Program-made: the position numbers and the translations under genes
Part shown: piece by piece, positions 25,110 to 38,500 of the stretch
How positions within the stretch are numbered: position 1 is the stretch's first letter
How the letters are laid out: each line of letters opens with the position of its first letter
Notes under the pieces: model-generated
What the model was told of the DNA's origin: nothing
The model's input: the letters and a program-made list of their open reading frames with translations, nothing else
Databases searched by the model: none
NCBI GenBank assembly: GCA_050084985.1
Contig: JBITNC010000001.1
Span: 73,098,001-73,162,000, forward strand
Direction: 5' to 3'
DNA length: 64,000 nt
From: Nageia nagi
Taxonomy: Eukaryota; Plantae; Pinophyta

Positions 25110-26063
25110 CAACAGACAAAAATTGGCCCACAAACAAGGATGGCCCTAATTGTTGAGGCCTAAAGAGCTACACATCCCAAAGTGGATTAAACGATCTTCA
25201 ACCCATCCAAGTTTATGATGGAACCTTCATAGTTTGTTTGAAAAATGTTAGTCTTTACTTGGAGAGTGGAAAGAATGGATAAGAAGGATAATCATCTAAT
25301 TTAGTTGGAAATGTGATAATCTTTGGTTCATAGTATGAAGCTAGCTATCTTATGGGAGGCTCAGTTCTCACGCAATGAAAATATATTAAACATCACATAA
25401 TGACTTCTAACATGAGCATCCCCTTCTTTCCATAGTCATAGATAATTTTGTGATTATTAAGAATAAAGCAAGTGCAACTGGAGATGATTCAGTTACAACT
25501 AAGCCATTGACTCAAAGGATTGTTATGGACTCAAAGGATTCTATGGATAGTCAACCTTCTATTACACTTTGTCATGAGGAAAAAGATTATTATGGACTCA
25601 AAGGATTCTATGGATGGGAATGAATCTGCCATGAAGGATAAGATTAGTCTAAAGGTGGAAGAGGTGAACAAGTCCAACTAATAGAAGAAATAATTGGATT
25701 CAAAGCTAAGGAGGCAACTTATTATGATGAGGTAATCATAAAATATAAGTTGTTGAATGACCTTTCCATGACCCTTACTAGCATCATAAATTGTCTCAAC
25801 CTACTCGCCCGTAAGTGGATCAATTCTTAAATGAATTCTACAAGAAAATGAAGGCAATAAGCACTCGAAGCCCATAATCTCCTCAAGAACGATGCCCAAG
25901 GTTTGCAATAGTTGGTGGGATTCTAATCACCCCTAGTGTTTAATATATATGTATATTTTATTTTATCGCTTAGTTGTATGGTGACCTTTTAGGAGCTTAA
26001 AAAGACTATTGAGTTAAAATAATTTCATACACTCAAACCTCTATTATCAATATCAAAAAAAAA
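25110..26063 (+). mobile_element. Decayed LINE 3' end (RNase H-like remnant, 3' UTR, poly(A))
   Basis: Weak RNase H-like pieces (DG, GG, LExDS-like, EGNK) and a terminal TCAATATCAAAAAAAAA. Confidence 0.45.
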
Positions 26064-28001
26064 TAGTGTTAATATTAATAGCCATCATCCAGCCAAATTT
26101 ATTGCATACCATGGGTGTTTATCATCTTTGGGTTGCATATGAAATCGATTAGAAACTGGTGGAACATGCTCAAATTGGTAATGGGTGCTTGAATTAGGCT
26201 AACTTTGGTCTTGGTTCATCCAGTTTGATCAATTTTGGCTGATTTGAGGTATAAACGCACAAGATTTGTAGCATAAACACCCAAAGTATATTGTTGAATT
26301 TGGCTAGAGGATAGTTGTGTCCAAAAAATTTAGTCTTCCTTTAGAAACCTCAAACTAAGTAGAGACTAATGTCTTAGTCAGAGAAATGAGGATTACTATT
26401 ATAGAGAATTTCCATAACATTTAAATCAAATGAGACTTGGAGGTGATATTTAATGGCTTTAAAAAATGGCAAATACATAATTAGATATTAAAACCATTAA
26501 GGAAATAGTTTATTCAACTCAATTATTCAAAATTTATCCACCTACAAGATGGAAATGTAGTAGACCTCTTAACCCAACAGAGGTATTGATTCAAATGGAC
26601 CTTACTTTATTATTCAAGTTTTAATGTGGTTATATGGCTTAAAATCTTATAAATATTTTGAAATGGAATTCTTTGATATAGGTCAAAGTTAATAATAAAA
26701 AAAGAATATTCAACTATTTTAATTACTTTAGTTATAAAGATTTTTCAATTGTAACTATTAAATATGGATTTTTAGCATAAAAGATTAAAAATTTTGATCA
26801 AAGAGCTCATTTATAGAGATAAACCCAAAGCAATTTTATCTAGTAGGAAAGGCTTACCAAATAAAGATTATATTAAAAGCAATAGCAAATTTAATATCAT
26901 TATAGGTAATGGATTGAATATAGTAGATAGTTTTGTTGTTCATATTGAAGTTGTGAAGTTCTTGACAAGCACATTGTCACCAAACGTCAACATCATCCAA
27001 TTACGATGTATGATTTATAAATAGATATCACAATCATTACTACATTTAGAATCTTTTAACAATGACATTACCAGTACACTTCATCATCTATGGTATCATC
27101 ATAAAGTACTAACATTATAATTTACAATCATTATAATTTGTAATTATAACTAAATTTCACAATCATCATTATTTTTAGAAGCTCTTAACAATCACATCAT
27201 TATTATATTTCATCATCATCCATAGAATCATCATAAAGCATCAGCATCATAATTTTGTAAGATACCACTAGAAGTTAAACCTTGATGAGTGTTCAAGCAC
27301 TTTAATAATCCAACCAAACAAGATCACACTAGTAATAATAGTTAAATATTATGTTTGTAGTATAAAATTGATATTTTTTCTAATATAATATAATGTAAGT
27401 TAAATAATAAATATAGCTTTAAATTATAAACTTAATAATAAATAAATTTAAAATTTATTGGATATGTTTTCATATATAATATATAGGTTTCAAATTTTTC
27501 AATTCAAATTCATTTATTTATGTTTTGCTATAATTTTTTATTATATTTAATTTTTTAATTTTCTAAATATACATTTATAAATAATATGATATACATAAAA
27601 ATATTCAATAGATTTATTATAATATAATATTTATAAATAGATATCAACATACTCATTAACCCAATCACCCACCCCTTATACCTCTTCACTTAATAATTTT
27701 AATATATTTATAAAATTAAATAAACAATGAAACCTAGATTATGCTAATGATAATAAAAAAAATCTCAAAACTTAAGTTAAAATATTTACTTAAGGATATA
27801 AAAAATAAAGATATAATAAAATCGAACTAATAAATATCAAATAAGACCAATCAAGAAGAATCGGGAATAATGCACTCTACCATCTTATATTTTTCTCCCA
27901 GTCACCTTTTTGCTTCCTTTCTTTTTTCCTTCGAGCTTAGCAATCAACTCACCCTTCTTCCATTGGTTTGCTCCTCATTGTGGTTTCCAAACTCATAAGT
28001 A

Positions 28002-29170
28002 ATGCATAATTGATGCCCCACTACAATCGTGGCGAAATCTCTTTTTGCAAGAAGCGAAGTTAGATTATGGATCCCCTCTAGAGGCTTGTACAACTAATGA
28101 TGGAAAAAAATGCTTGAAAATTCCAAAGGAGGTTACAGACCAAATTATAACATCAATTAGGTTAGAAGATGGACTAAAATGGAAAATTAAAGGAAGTCTA
28201 GAAGTCATTGCTTTGCCTAATGACTATTTGATGTTCACCTTTGTAAACGTTGAAGATAGGGACTATGTTTTGAGTACTCCTTGGTTCTTTGGAAAGAGGG
28301 GACTCTTTTTAGAAAAATGGAGGCATAACTTTAATCCTAAAAAACTCAAATTATGCTTGCTCCTATTTCGATGACTCTTTCGAAACTTCCTTTTAATCTA
28401 TAACACCAAAAAGTTTTTGAAGGAATTGTGAACTCCTTTGGAAAATTCATCACTGTGAATGAAGTCACAAAGGCCTGATCAAGGATGGTTTGAGGCAAGA
28501 TTTTGGAGTGAAACTTCCCAAGAATATTACCTTATATTTTGAGTTGGGTGAGTGGATCCAAGAACTAAGGTATGAAAGAAACAATTGCCTTTGCTTAGCA
28601 TGTAATCAAGTTGGTCATTCATTAAAATCTTGTCTGGCCAAAGTCGTTGTAGCAAGTACTATGTGTAAGGAATGGTGGCCAAAGTAACAGAAGGAAGGGA
28701 ATCCGAACGAACTTGCGAACGACAAAATCCCTTAAGCACCTATAGCAAAGACTATGGAAGTCGACGTTGATAATCAAAATAGAAAACCAATCAATCCACT
28801 AGTTGTCTCCATGGAGGCCCCTCTTGCTATTGATCACCAAAGCGTAGAAGGCCAAGGAATGGATCTAAGTGGACAAAATTATGGAGGAGATGATGGCGAA
28901 AAGACAAATGTAAGATCTAAGAAGAAAAAGGGCCAAAGTAATGAACATTCATCTTATTCGAAGGAGACTATAGTAAAAGAAACTCAATTTGGGAGAAATA
29001 ACATTAGAATTCTAACTTGAAGTGCTTCTAAATCGATAAACATTGGTTCCGTACATGTGGGAAGGCCAAGTAGTAATGAAGTCTATGAGAAGGAAGAGGT
29101 AAAGGATGTTGTGGATGGTAAACAGGCTACTATTGATTTTGGGGGTAGAGCAAGCTTGAAAGCCAGTAAA
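28002..29170 (+). pseudogene. LINE ORF1 (DUF4283 and zinc knuckle)
   Basis: EDRDYVLSTPWFFGKRGLFLEKW; YERNNCLCLACNQVGHSLKSC. Confidence 0.85.
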
Positions 29171-31720
29171 AGATTATTCTTATCTCTTGGAATGTGAGGG
29201 GGTTGAATTCCCCTTATAATTGTAGGCTCCTACGGGATGATTGCAGGAAGTCGAAGCTTGACTCGTTGTTAGTGCAAGTAACAAAAGTCAAGCAACGAAA
29301 AGCACAATTCATCAAAAATCAGATCTAGAAGGTGGTGTGAATGGAATTTGCTCCTACTCTTGGAAGTTCTAGAGGTTTGATGACTTTGTAGAATACGAAG
29401 AAGTTCATTTGTGAGTTATCTTTTGTTTCATCCAAATTGATTTATATGACATTGTTGGAAATAGAGTCTACAATCAAAAGCCATGTCTTCAATATCTACG
29501 CTCCTAATACTCTCTTGGCAAGGAGAAGCATGTGGGGATAAATTGAAAGATTTTTCGAAGGTAAGTTAAGGGAGCCTTTGATTATGGTTGGTGATTTTAA
29601 TTCCCCTCTAACTCAGGTAAACAACTTGGAGGAGTCTTGGATGCCCCAACGTGCTGGTATGAATGATTTTTAGAACTTTATCAATAACTCAGGATTGACT
29701 AATCTTGAACTCCATGGAAGTAAATGCACTTGGACCAATTAGAGGGTAGGTACGATTTGATCATGAGTAGACTTGACAAAATTATGGTTTCTAATGCTTG
29801 GATCAGGAATTTTCCAAATTTCCATTTGAAGTCCCTACCTAGAATTAGCTCATATCATAGTCCCTTGTTGCTAGAAGTTGAAGTACATGAGAGAAGAAGA
29901 ACTCTATTTCAATTTGAAAATATGTGGCTTGATCATCTGAACCTAGAAACCAAAGTTCAAGAATGGTGGAATGTCATTATGCATGGTACTATGATGTTTG
30001 CGCTCATCAAAAAACTCCATCATATTAAGCTAAAGATGAGGTCATGGAATAAGGCGATGTTTGGCATGATTCAGAATGATAAATTTCAGCTTAAAGATCA
30101 AATTGAGGAAATTGACAGGAGAATTAAAAGACTTGGGGCACCTCGGATCTCATATCTGAAGAAACTGAATCTTCGTGCGAATTTCATAACACTCTAGCTA
30201 GTGAAGAAAAGTTTTGAAGACAAAAATCTAGAGTTACTTGGTTGTAAACTAGTGATCGCAACACTAGATTCTTCAAAATGACAACATTGAAGCATAGGGC
30301 AGCAAATAGGATTCGTGAAATCAAGACAAATCAAAGAATTTTGACTCGATTCTGATCAAGGAAATGGGGGTGAATTTTTTTCAAAAACTGTTGTCTTTGG
30401 AGGTAGCTCCTGACACAAGAATTATGGACGAAATTCTTGATCATATCCCATGCATGATTATTGAAAAGGATAATAAAAGATTAACAAGGCCCTTCTCTTT
30501 CTTCAAGATCAAAGCTACGATCTTCTCCATGGCCCACAATAAGTCATCAGGTCTGAACGACTTTCCCATTGAATTTTCCCAATCATTTTGGCACATTGTT
30601 GGAAAGGATGCGTTCTTAGATGCTTGTGAGTTGCAAATGTCTAACCAAATCGTCATGTCTTGGAATGTTACTTTTTTAGCACTCATCCCAAGGTCAGTGA
30701 TGGGAAGGAGTTCAAAAACATTCGTTTAGCTTGTGCAACATTGTTTGCAAAATTGTGACTCAAACTATGGCTAATAAACTCAAACCGTTATTATACAAAA
30801 TCATCTCTCCTAAGCAAAGTGATCTTGTTCAAGGGAGGCAAATTGTTGACGGTATAATCGAACTTCATGAGGTTCTCCACTCAGCGTGCACAAGGAATGA
30901 AGACATTTTTTCCTTAATTTGGATATGCAAGAAGCATATTATTGAATCAATTGGGAATTCTCGGATAAAGTTTGTGCTAAGTTCGGGTTCTCTCAGGTCT
31001 GGCAATCATGGATCCTGCAATGCATCTCTATAGCCTCCTTTTCAGTGTTGATTAATGGGGAAGCAATTGGCTTCTTTCAATCCTAAAGAGGATTAAGGTA
31101 GTACAAACCTATTTCCCCTTATCTTTTCATCATCATGGTTGAAGCTTTGGGCAGAACAATTGGGAACTGGAAAGCTATTAGAAAGATCAAACTTGTTCCA
31201 ATTCCTCCTGATAATGGGATAAGTGATATGTTGGTTTGGAAGCTCGAACAAGAAGGTATCTATTATGTCAAATTTGGTTATGATTCTCTTAATTTACCTT
31301 TAGATGGGTCATTCTTGGTTAAGAAGACATAGAGCAAAAGAGTTACACCTAAAGTTTGCTACTTTTTATGGATTGCTTTTCGAAATCGGCTTAAGGTATG
31401 ACCTTCCCTAATCATTGTTCTTTATGTCGAAATGCTAAAGAAATGATGGATCACTTATGTATTATTTCCCTTATGCCAAGGATGTTTAGAGGGAAATTCT
31501 TGGTGTAAACATGCATGTGTTGGGCATCTCAGTGTGTGATGCCATTGCCAAGTGGTTGTCGACTATGCCTAATAGATCCAAAATGAAGTGATGTTCCTTT
31601 TCTCTTCCTCACATTCTCTAGGAATTATGGAAGGAAAGAAATCATAGAATTTTTCAAGAAAAAAGCATGACACCACATAGATTGGTTTGCAAGATTCTGC
31701 GAATTATTAATGAAGATTAG
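29170..31720 (+). pseudogene. LINE ORF2 (APE endonuclease, RT with deletion, zf-RVT)
   Basis: ISWNVRGLN, NIYAPN, GDFNS, SRLDKIMV, SSYHSPLLL, GRQIVDGI, WKERNHRIF. The YADD region is missing between MVEALGR and DMLVW. Confidence 0.9.
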
Positions 31721-31994
31721 GGTGTATACAAATAAGAACAACCTTGATCAGATCTTTGATGGTAGGGAGGGTGGGTCAACTACAGATTCACATGGGAACC
31801 AAACTTGATATTCTTCTTGCATGGGAGGCACATGAGATGTTGTCTTATATAGTCTCTATAGTTTTGGCATGGATTGAGGTGTTTAGAACCGTTGATCGAG
31901 GGGTTGTGTGGAGAGTCTTGATTGATCTTGCAAGGTGACATATTATTTACTACAAAGATGGTAACTCTTTCTATTCCACCTGACTGTCTCAATC

Positions 31995-32960
31995 ATGATT
32001 AGGCAAAAACAACTTGAGCTTGGAAATGGTGATGTTTTTAAAGATGACTCAATTATATGGGGTATCCTGTGTAATGGTAGAATGAGGGGATTCATTGATG
32101 CTATGGAAGGTCATAACTTGGACTAGTCTCACCAAATCGTTGAATCCTAAGATAAAAGAAGGGTGACTAGATGGCACTCAGTTTACTACAATGCAGAGCT
32201 CATTACAGTTGCTACAAGTATGCGGAATGTTGGGCTCAAGTACAATCGGGATATGTGTGCATCACTAAACCATGTAAGCACCTTTATGGACCTGAGGGAG
32301 CCAATTCTGAATAGGAGGATGTCTGCCTACCTCATTGATTCTATTGTCTATCCTTGGAACGAGGTTATGAAGTTGCTCATCAAACTTTTCACCTTAGAGG
32401 GTCGATATACGAAAATCTAAGATTACCACTTTGTTTTGTTGTCTCACTTCAAAGGTAGATTTGAGGTTAGCCTGCCTTATTTTTTGTTTCATTGCCTTGA
32501 TGTCTACATTAAAAGAAATCGAGGATGCATCCCTATCCACCAAGGGTTGATCAAAATCCTAGTTAATTTTCTGTAGAGAAGCTAGAATGGCTACCCACTC
32601 CAGCAAATTTACCTGAACTACCCTCCTCTAGATAATCCCCACCCCTCCCCTATTCGGTCCCTTTCTTCTCCCCTTCCTCTTGCTTCCCTCTCCAATGTTA
32701 TCAACTTGTCCTCGTACTCTTCAAGCTCCAGAAAAGGCTCCACCTCACACTCTTTTGTGCTTTTGATTGAAGAGTAGGTGACTTTCAAAGGAAAATGTCG
32801 TAAGAGACAATGGATTTCTTCAGGGTCTAAGGAGTCCACCAAGTTGTTGATTGAGGAGTGTCCAAAACTATTTCAAGTTCAGAGCAAAAAGCAACTCACT
32901 AAGTGTAGGCGAAGTGGTTCATTTTGTTTCTTCAGCAATCATTTGTTTTTTTGGAAATAC
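31995..32960 (+). pseudogene. LINE-borne ORF3, uncharacterised protein
   Basis: One frame from ATG 31995: MIRQKQLELG...WGILCNGRMRGFIDAMEGHN...NAELITVATSM...PWNEVMKLLIKLFTLEGRYTKI*DYHFVLLSHFKG...SLPYFLFHCL...PIHQGLIKIL, then a S/P-rich tail. Few stops. Homologous to 42.7-43.55 kb (-). Confidence 0.7.
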
Positions 32961-33889
32961 TAATGATTGGAAAGTGGCTAAAGTTGTCAAAGAAGCTTTA
33001 AGAGCCCATTTTGAATATGCATATGCTCTAAGTAAGTGAGATGGCAAGAAATGGGCAATTATCGTAGCCATTAAAGATGAAGACATTCCATCGTGTGTGT
33101 CGATTCAAAAGCAAGACAAGTTCACTGAAGAGGAATTGGATGTGTTGTGGTCATTCTTGGACTTAACTATGTCTTCTTTGACTTCTATTAGAAATTGTGA
33201 CACTGATTTGCATTGTCGTGTAAAAGTTCTAGACCCTAATGGGAATATGGGTGACCCTAGTTTGACCAACTCAAGGCTTCTAATGTTTAAAGTTTGGTTG
33301 ATAAGAATAGGAAAAAACATTTGTCTCATATGGCTACTATTCAATATCTATGGAAATGTTGTAAAAAACAGGTTTTAAGCCTAAACCCCTGTACAAAAAA
33401 CTTGTCAATAAATTCACCCTTACAAAAAAAAAATAGATATAATAAAATGGTGTTATTCATATTGTTAAAAAGTAATCAAGTTACCAAGAAGCAACCTTAT
33501 TTTTTTCATGTATGGAAATATGCAACTACATTTTTTATAAACATGGTTATGTATTATGAAGTATTAAAATATATGAAACAATATCAAAATAAATTAAAAC
33601 AATGTTAACCTTAGTAAGAATATACAATTATCTTATATGAATTTAAAATTATCACCAAATGCTTAAGATACAAATATACAAACATGATCACATTTCCTAA
33701 GTGACTTTTAAAAAAAAAAGTTCAAATAAACAATTTAAACATGCATAAGAGCATATACAATTAAGACTAAAGCATGTAAAATCTAAGATAAAGTATGTAT
33801 CTCTTGTAGTGTATCAATTTATGTTGAAATATACATTTAGAGATACTAAGCATGTGTACTCTCCTCCTATTTACATGGTATAATGAATA

Positions 33890-34490
33890 GGGTGGTGGTG
33901 GTAGAGGGAGATTTGAACACTGGATATGGTTCCTAGTAAAGAGCAAATTAATTTGTGGAGGGCCCACTAGGTGAGGTGGTCGTTGGAGACAATGCCTCTA
34001 GAAATATTTAGCTCTTCACAAGGTATTAGGAAGGATCTTGCATCAATGGGAAGATGTGTAGCTTGTGATAACATGGGGTGAAGGTATGACTTCCTTGATC
34101 GTGTGATAAGATTGCCCCAACGCCTTGCCTTTATTACTTCAAGTGGCTGAGTTGGAGAAGTGTGTTGAAGAGATGTTGGGAGGTTTGGACATGTAGAGCC
34201 ATAAATAGGAGAGGTCGAAGGGTCTTTTAATTCACATTTTTTCTCTATTGTTGGTGCGCTTTGTAACTATGGCTAAAATCTCGGTCTCTTATTGCATTGA
34301 GTTGGTAGTCCTTCAAGTGGACAAGAAGACCAGGCAAGTGCTAGAAAAAGAGGTCTGGATGAGATTTCTCAATCTCTTCCAATGAGCAGAGATGAGAGCT
34401 TGGCCCTACTCTTGACCCTTTTGTGGGAGGATGGAAGGTTGAGACAAAAGGCATCTCCTTCGTCATTAACCAAGAGCTTATAAAGCCAAT
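33890..34490 (+). mobile_element. Fragment of the same LINE 3' region as the 42233-43933 element
   Basis: Nucleotide homology to the reverse complement of 43370-43933. Encodes VSYCIELVVLQVDKKTRQVLEKEVWMRFLNLFQ...LWEDG...GISFVINQELI. Confidence 0.8.
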
Positions 34491-35583
34491 AAAAAAGAAC
34501 ACTATAATGTTTCAAGGTTCCCAAATAACTAGGTTCCAATGCCCTCATTACAATCAAATACTTTTGTAAATCAATTTTTTTACATGATATTATTTCCTAA
34601 TATTTATTATGTTTTCGATTTTATCTAAAAATAGTATCAGTTCGCATTAGTTGTACTTCCCTAGAGCTAGACTTTGTCATATAGGTTCAATCATTCGAAT
34701 GGTTAGGTTTTATTATTCATTTTCTGGACAAGGAGAAAGTGGTGAAAGGTTTATGTTCACTTCTCGAATACCTAGATAAGCACTTCTACTTCCTATTCCA
34801 ATAGGCAATAAGAACAGAATTCAACTCAAAAGTATGTGAGTCACCTCATTCCTACACAAGTTTTGTGGATAAAGGAGTTGCAATTTTAATTCATTAATAA
34901 AGTTGTGCCATGTTGCAGTCAAATTCTACAAGTATTACTCGAGTATATCTTGAAGGATTAGGGGAGTTGGAAGAACAGCAAGTGTGGAATTTTCAATTGA
35001 TGTAAAGAGAATCTCCTATTCGAATCCACACCTTCACATGCTAATGATATGTCTCAAATGTCACATGATGATAACTCTTGTAGAAAGGTTGGAAACCTTC
35101 ATCACCCCCTTAACCAAATCAAAAAAAACTTGAGTATGAATATTGCTTGGCCCATAGCCTTTCCCTATTTCTACCATCAGCCAAAAACCTGAAAACATAT
35201 AGACAAAATATGTCTCAAAATAGGGTAGACACAATCCTGCAAATAAAGGTATAGAAGAAATAATGTGAACATGCACCAACTAGAGGGTAATGCATACAAC
35301 CCATATGAGGCTCCTTTTAATTTGCACACATGAAATAGATACTTCAAGGACAAGAAAAATTCTCCATTACATGAGAATTCATATTGATAACATGGACTTC
35401 TAAAAATGTTACTTCATGAAGAAACATATTCAAATGATATTTTCTGCTTCAATAGAAGCAGCTCCACAGGAATTGCATTGCAAAATTACCGCTTCCAGTT
35501 TAATTGACCACATTATTGCTAAATGCAATGATATATTATTCTATGATAAGCTTAGTTTACCTGAATAACTAAAAACTGAATTT

Positions 35584-38500
35584 TTAAAAGACAGCGTTGG
35601 CAGCAGTTTCCAAACAACTTAATCCAGCAGTGTTAATTAAAGCATGACCTCTTTTTAAAGCAATGTGGGATAACTTCTGAACCTGCAACATTACACCACA
35701 TATATTTATGAAGGGTGAAGTGGCTATTACCTTCAAAAATTGAAAACACTCCCATTCATTCAATCAAAGTCAAAACTGACCTTATGAGGAACTGTAGCGG
35801 AAAATAACACAGATTGCCTCTGTTTGGGTACAACATCAATAATCTTCTCAAGATCGTTGTGAAAGCCAAGATTTACCAAGTGATCAGCTTCATCAAGGAT
35901 GAGTAATTTCAAGCCCATTAAACGGTTTGAAAAACCTGATGTAGTTTCAATATAATCCAACAGACTCCCAGGGGTGGCCACTATGATCTAATTGATATAA
36001 AGAAATAGTCATAACAAATTACAAAGTCTCTTTCACAAAAGCTTTTAATTCTTATTCCCTCACATTTTGCATAGAAAAAGCAATTGTCACAATCACTGTT
36101 ATTAGGTTATTCTGTTCTCCAGAAACAGAATCAGAAATGACCACTCTTGTTTTGAGCATTAAACAGTATCAAAAAATTATACCACAATCTAAAATAAACT
36201 TGACTAGAAAGAATATGAAGAATTATCCTCTACGAAGTTTCTTGTGATATGTTTGAACTGTCAAGATCTCGCTATCTGAATGTCTAGAATCAAGATCAAT
36301 TTATATGGACACTTCAACTGCCTGAAAATGGCTAAACAGATTACATCATATGTTAAACTATTTCTAGAACCTCACATAAAGATCAGCAATTGCAAACATG
36401 TAAACCTCCATATATCTGTTACCAGAATCTCTGAAACAGCCTTGTCTGGAATTTTCCATGTATCATGGCAGTTTCAGATGCATAGTAGCCAAAAGACACA
36501 GACAGGTACGGTAATTATATAGAAACAAAATAGAGGGGTACAGAGAAATGGCCAAAATAATACACACATTGCAAGACCTTTAACCTGGATCAAGAAAAAA
36601 TTTTACTTCATATTATGTCAACTTTTCACATTTGTAGCCACATAAGATTTAGACCCTTCAACCTGGCTTGTAGTAAATTGAGCCTTTACCAATCCATATA
36701 AAGGCCTGGGGGTGTGTAGTGTGTAAGAGACTGCCTTCAAAATGAAATCACTTTTATCATCATGAAAACAAAAATGCAATCCCCAAGGGGATACCGCACC
36801 TATTGGGCGCATGCCTAGTTGCTGGGAGGTCCCAAGTTCGAATCACCCTGTTTGTTGTAGTACTTTTCACCTAGGTAACATGGTACATTTGGGGGTACCG
36901 TACCCCATACCGTATGTACTGGGTACGTGGGTACATGTACCAGGTATGCATTGATGCGTACCGGTACATTTACCACATCCGGTACATGTACCAAAAGCGT
37001 ACCAGGTGGCGATTTAAAAAAAACACACCATAAACTTATAAAAAAACTTTCCTCCTATTTTAAGTTGCCCTCTCTCACTTCTAACATCAAAACACCTACT
37101 CACACTCAGTATGTTATTTTCCTTCTAAGATGCTATTTTAATTTGTGTAATGTGTATGAGTGTATTTTTTGCAAATTGCAAGTTAATATGATATTTTAGA
37201 AAAAACATATATATATGCCATACCAACATACTGAATTTTCAGCACTCAAACGTACCACATACAGGGTGCTCGTATATGCGTACTGTCATACCGCCACACC
37301 ATGTGATCTAGCTTGTCACACATGCATGACTGATTTGAATGTAAAACGGTTAGGATTCCATTCAAAAATCCATCCTCCAACTTAATAAAAAAAAAATGCA
37401 ATAATGTGACTCTTCATCTTCCTTTTTGAATCTGGTTTTGGGAATGAGAAAGCTTTAATAGCAAGTCTGTGGTATCTTTTGCAAAAGTTGTTGGTACACA
37501 ACTCTGAAATATAAAATATCCAATCATAGATGGAACCATGGTTAGGCAAGTCTGTGGTATCTTTTGCAAAAGTTGTTGGTACACAACTCTGAAATATAAA
37601 ATATCCAATCGTAGATGGAACCATGGTTAGGCTACTACTGTGTACACAATGTTTGGAAATGCAATTTTGAAAAGCAGCTTCTATGCCACATTTGGACCTC
37701 ATATATAGTGACTTCAACCTGGCAACAGTCTCACAACCCCAAGTAAATTTTTGGCATTGTAAATTTACCTGTGAAATCTATACTTTTGACTTTGTGCTTC
37801 TTCACAAAATATTTCCAAGGCTTCATGCTTGAACTTAACTAACTGGTGATCATTTAAATATCAGATTAACCCCGAAGCCTTCAGTGGTTGTGAAGATTAC
37901 TACTCAAAACTCCAGATAAGTTTATTATTATGATTGGAACAAGAAGATCTGAACCAAGCTTTGGGAACATTCTTTTTGCATGCATCCTTCTAAGTTGAGG
38001 CATGTCTACCAGCATCCTTTAAGATACTCATAATGGAATGAAAAGAAAGTTATATTAGACATGCACACATGCATTTGTTCTCATGGGTAAATCAATAATT
38101 TCAAAAGTAGGACTTCCCTCGGTGATTACCAAAAAGCTCCATGTTTAGATTGAATGAAAATCTTGCATCGGTTAAAAAATGGGCCACTAGAAATATTGTT
38201 TTGTTCTCTATTTTTTTATTTTAAATAATGAAGTCAAATAAAACAATAGCTCTCTTCTAAGGATATAATCAAGTTAGAAATAAACTAGGGAATGTTTTGG
38301 CACCTCAACACATCACACAGATACAGTCATCCCTTGAAGCTGCTGCAAAGAAATTCTCAAACTCTAAAATATTAACCGAGTGAAATGCCTCAATAATATG
38401 ATTTTATGCCTATACGATTTTGCCCTCCCTCTCTCTCACTGAACTTTTCTGACAATGCAGTCTTGACATTTATCCTCAAAGTTTGTTCCTCATTATCTCC

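Larger units (their letters stand above)
27823..33434 (+). mobile_element. L1-type LINE retaining both ends, with an internal RT deletion and an extra ORF3
   Basis: 14 bp TSD AGATATAATAAAAT at 27809-27822 and 33435-33448; poly(A) at 33424-33433; ORF1, ORF2 and a third reading frame inside. Confidence 0.88.

Noticed and set aside
36785-36855. Possible tRNA or SINE heads (also 40330-40400)
   Set aside because: Only a B-box-like AAGTTCGAATC or AAGTTCCACTC; no cloverleaf, tail or TSD could be established.
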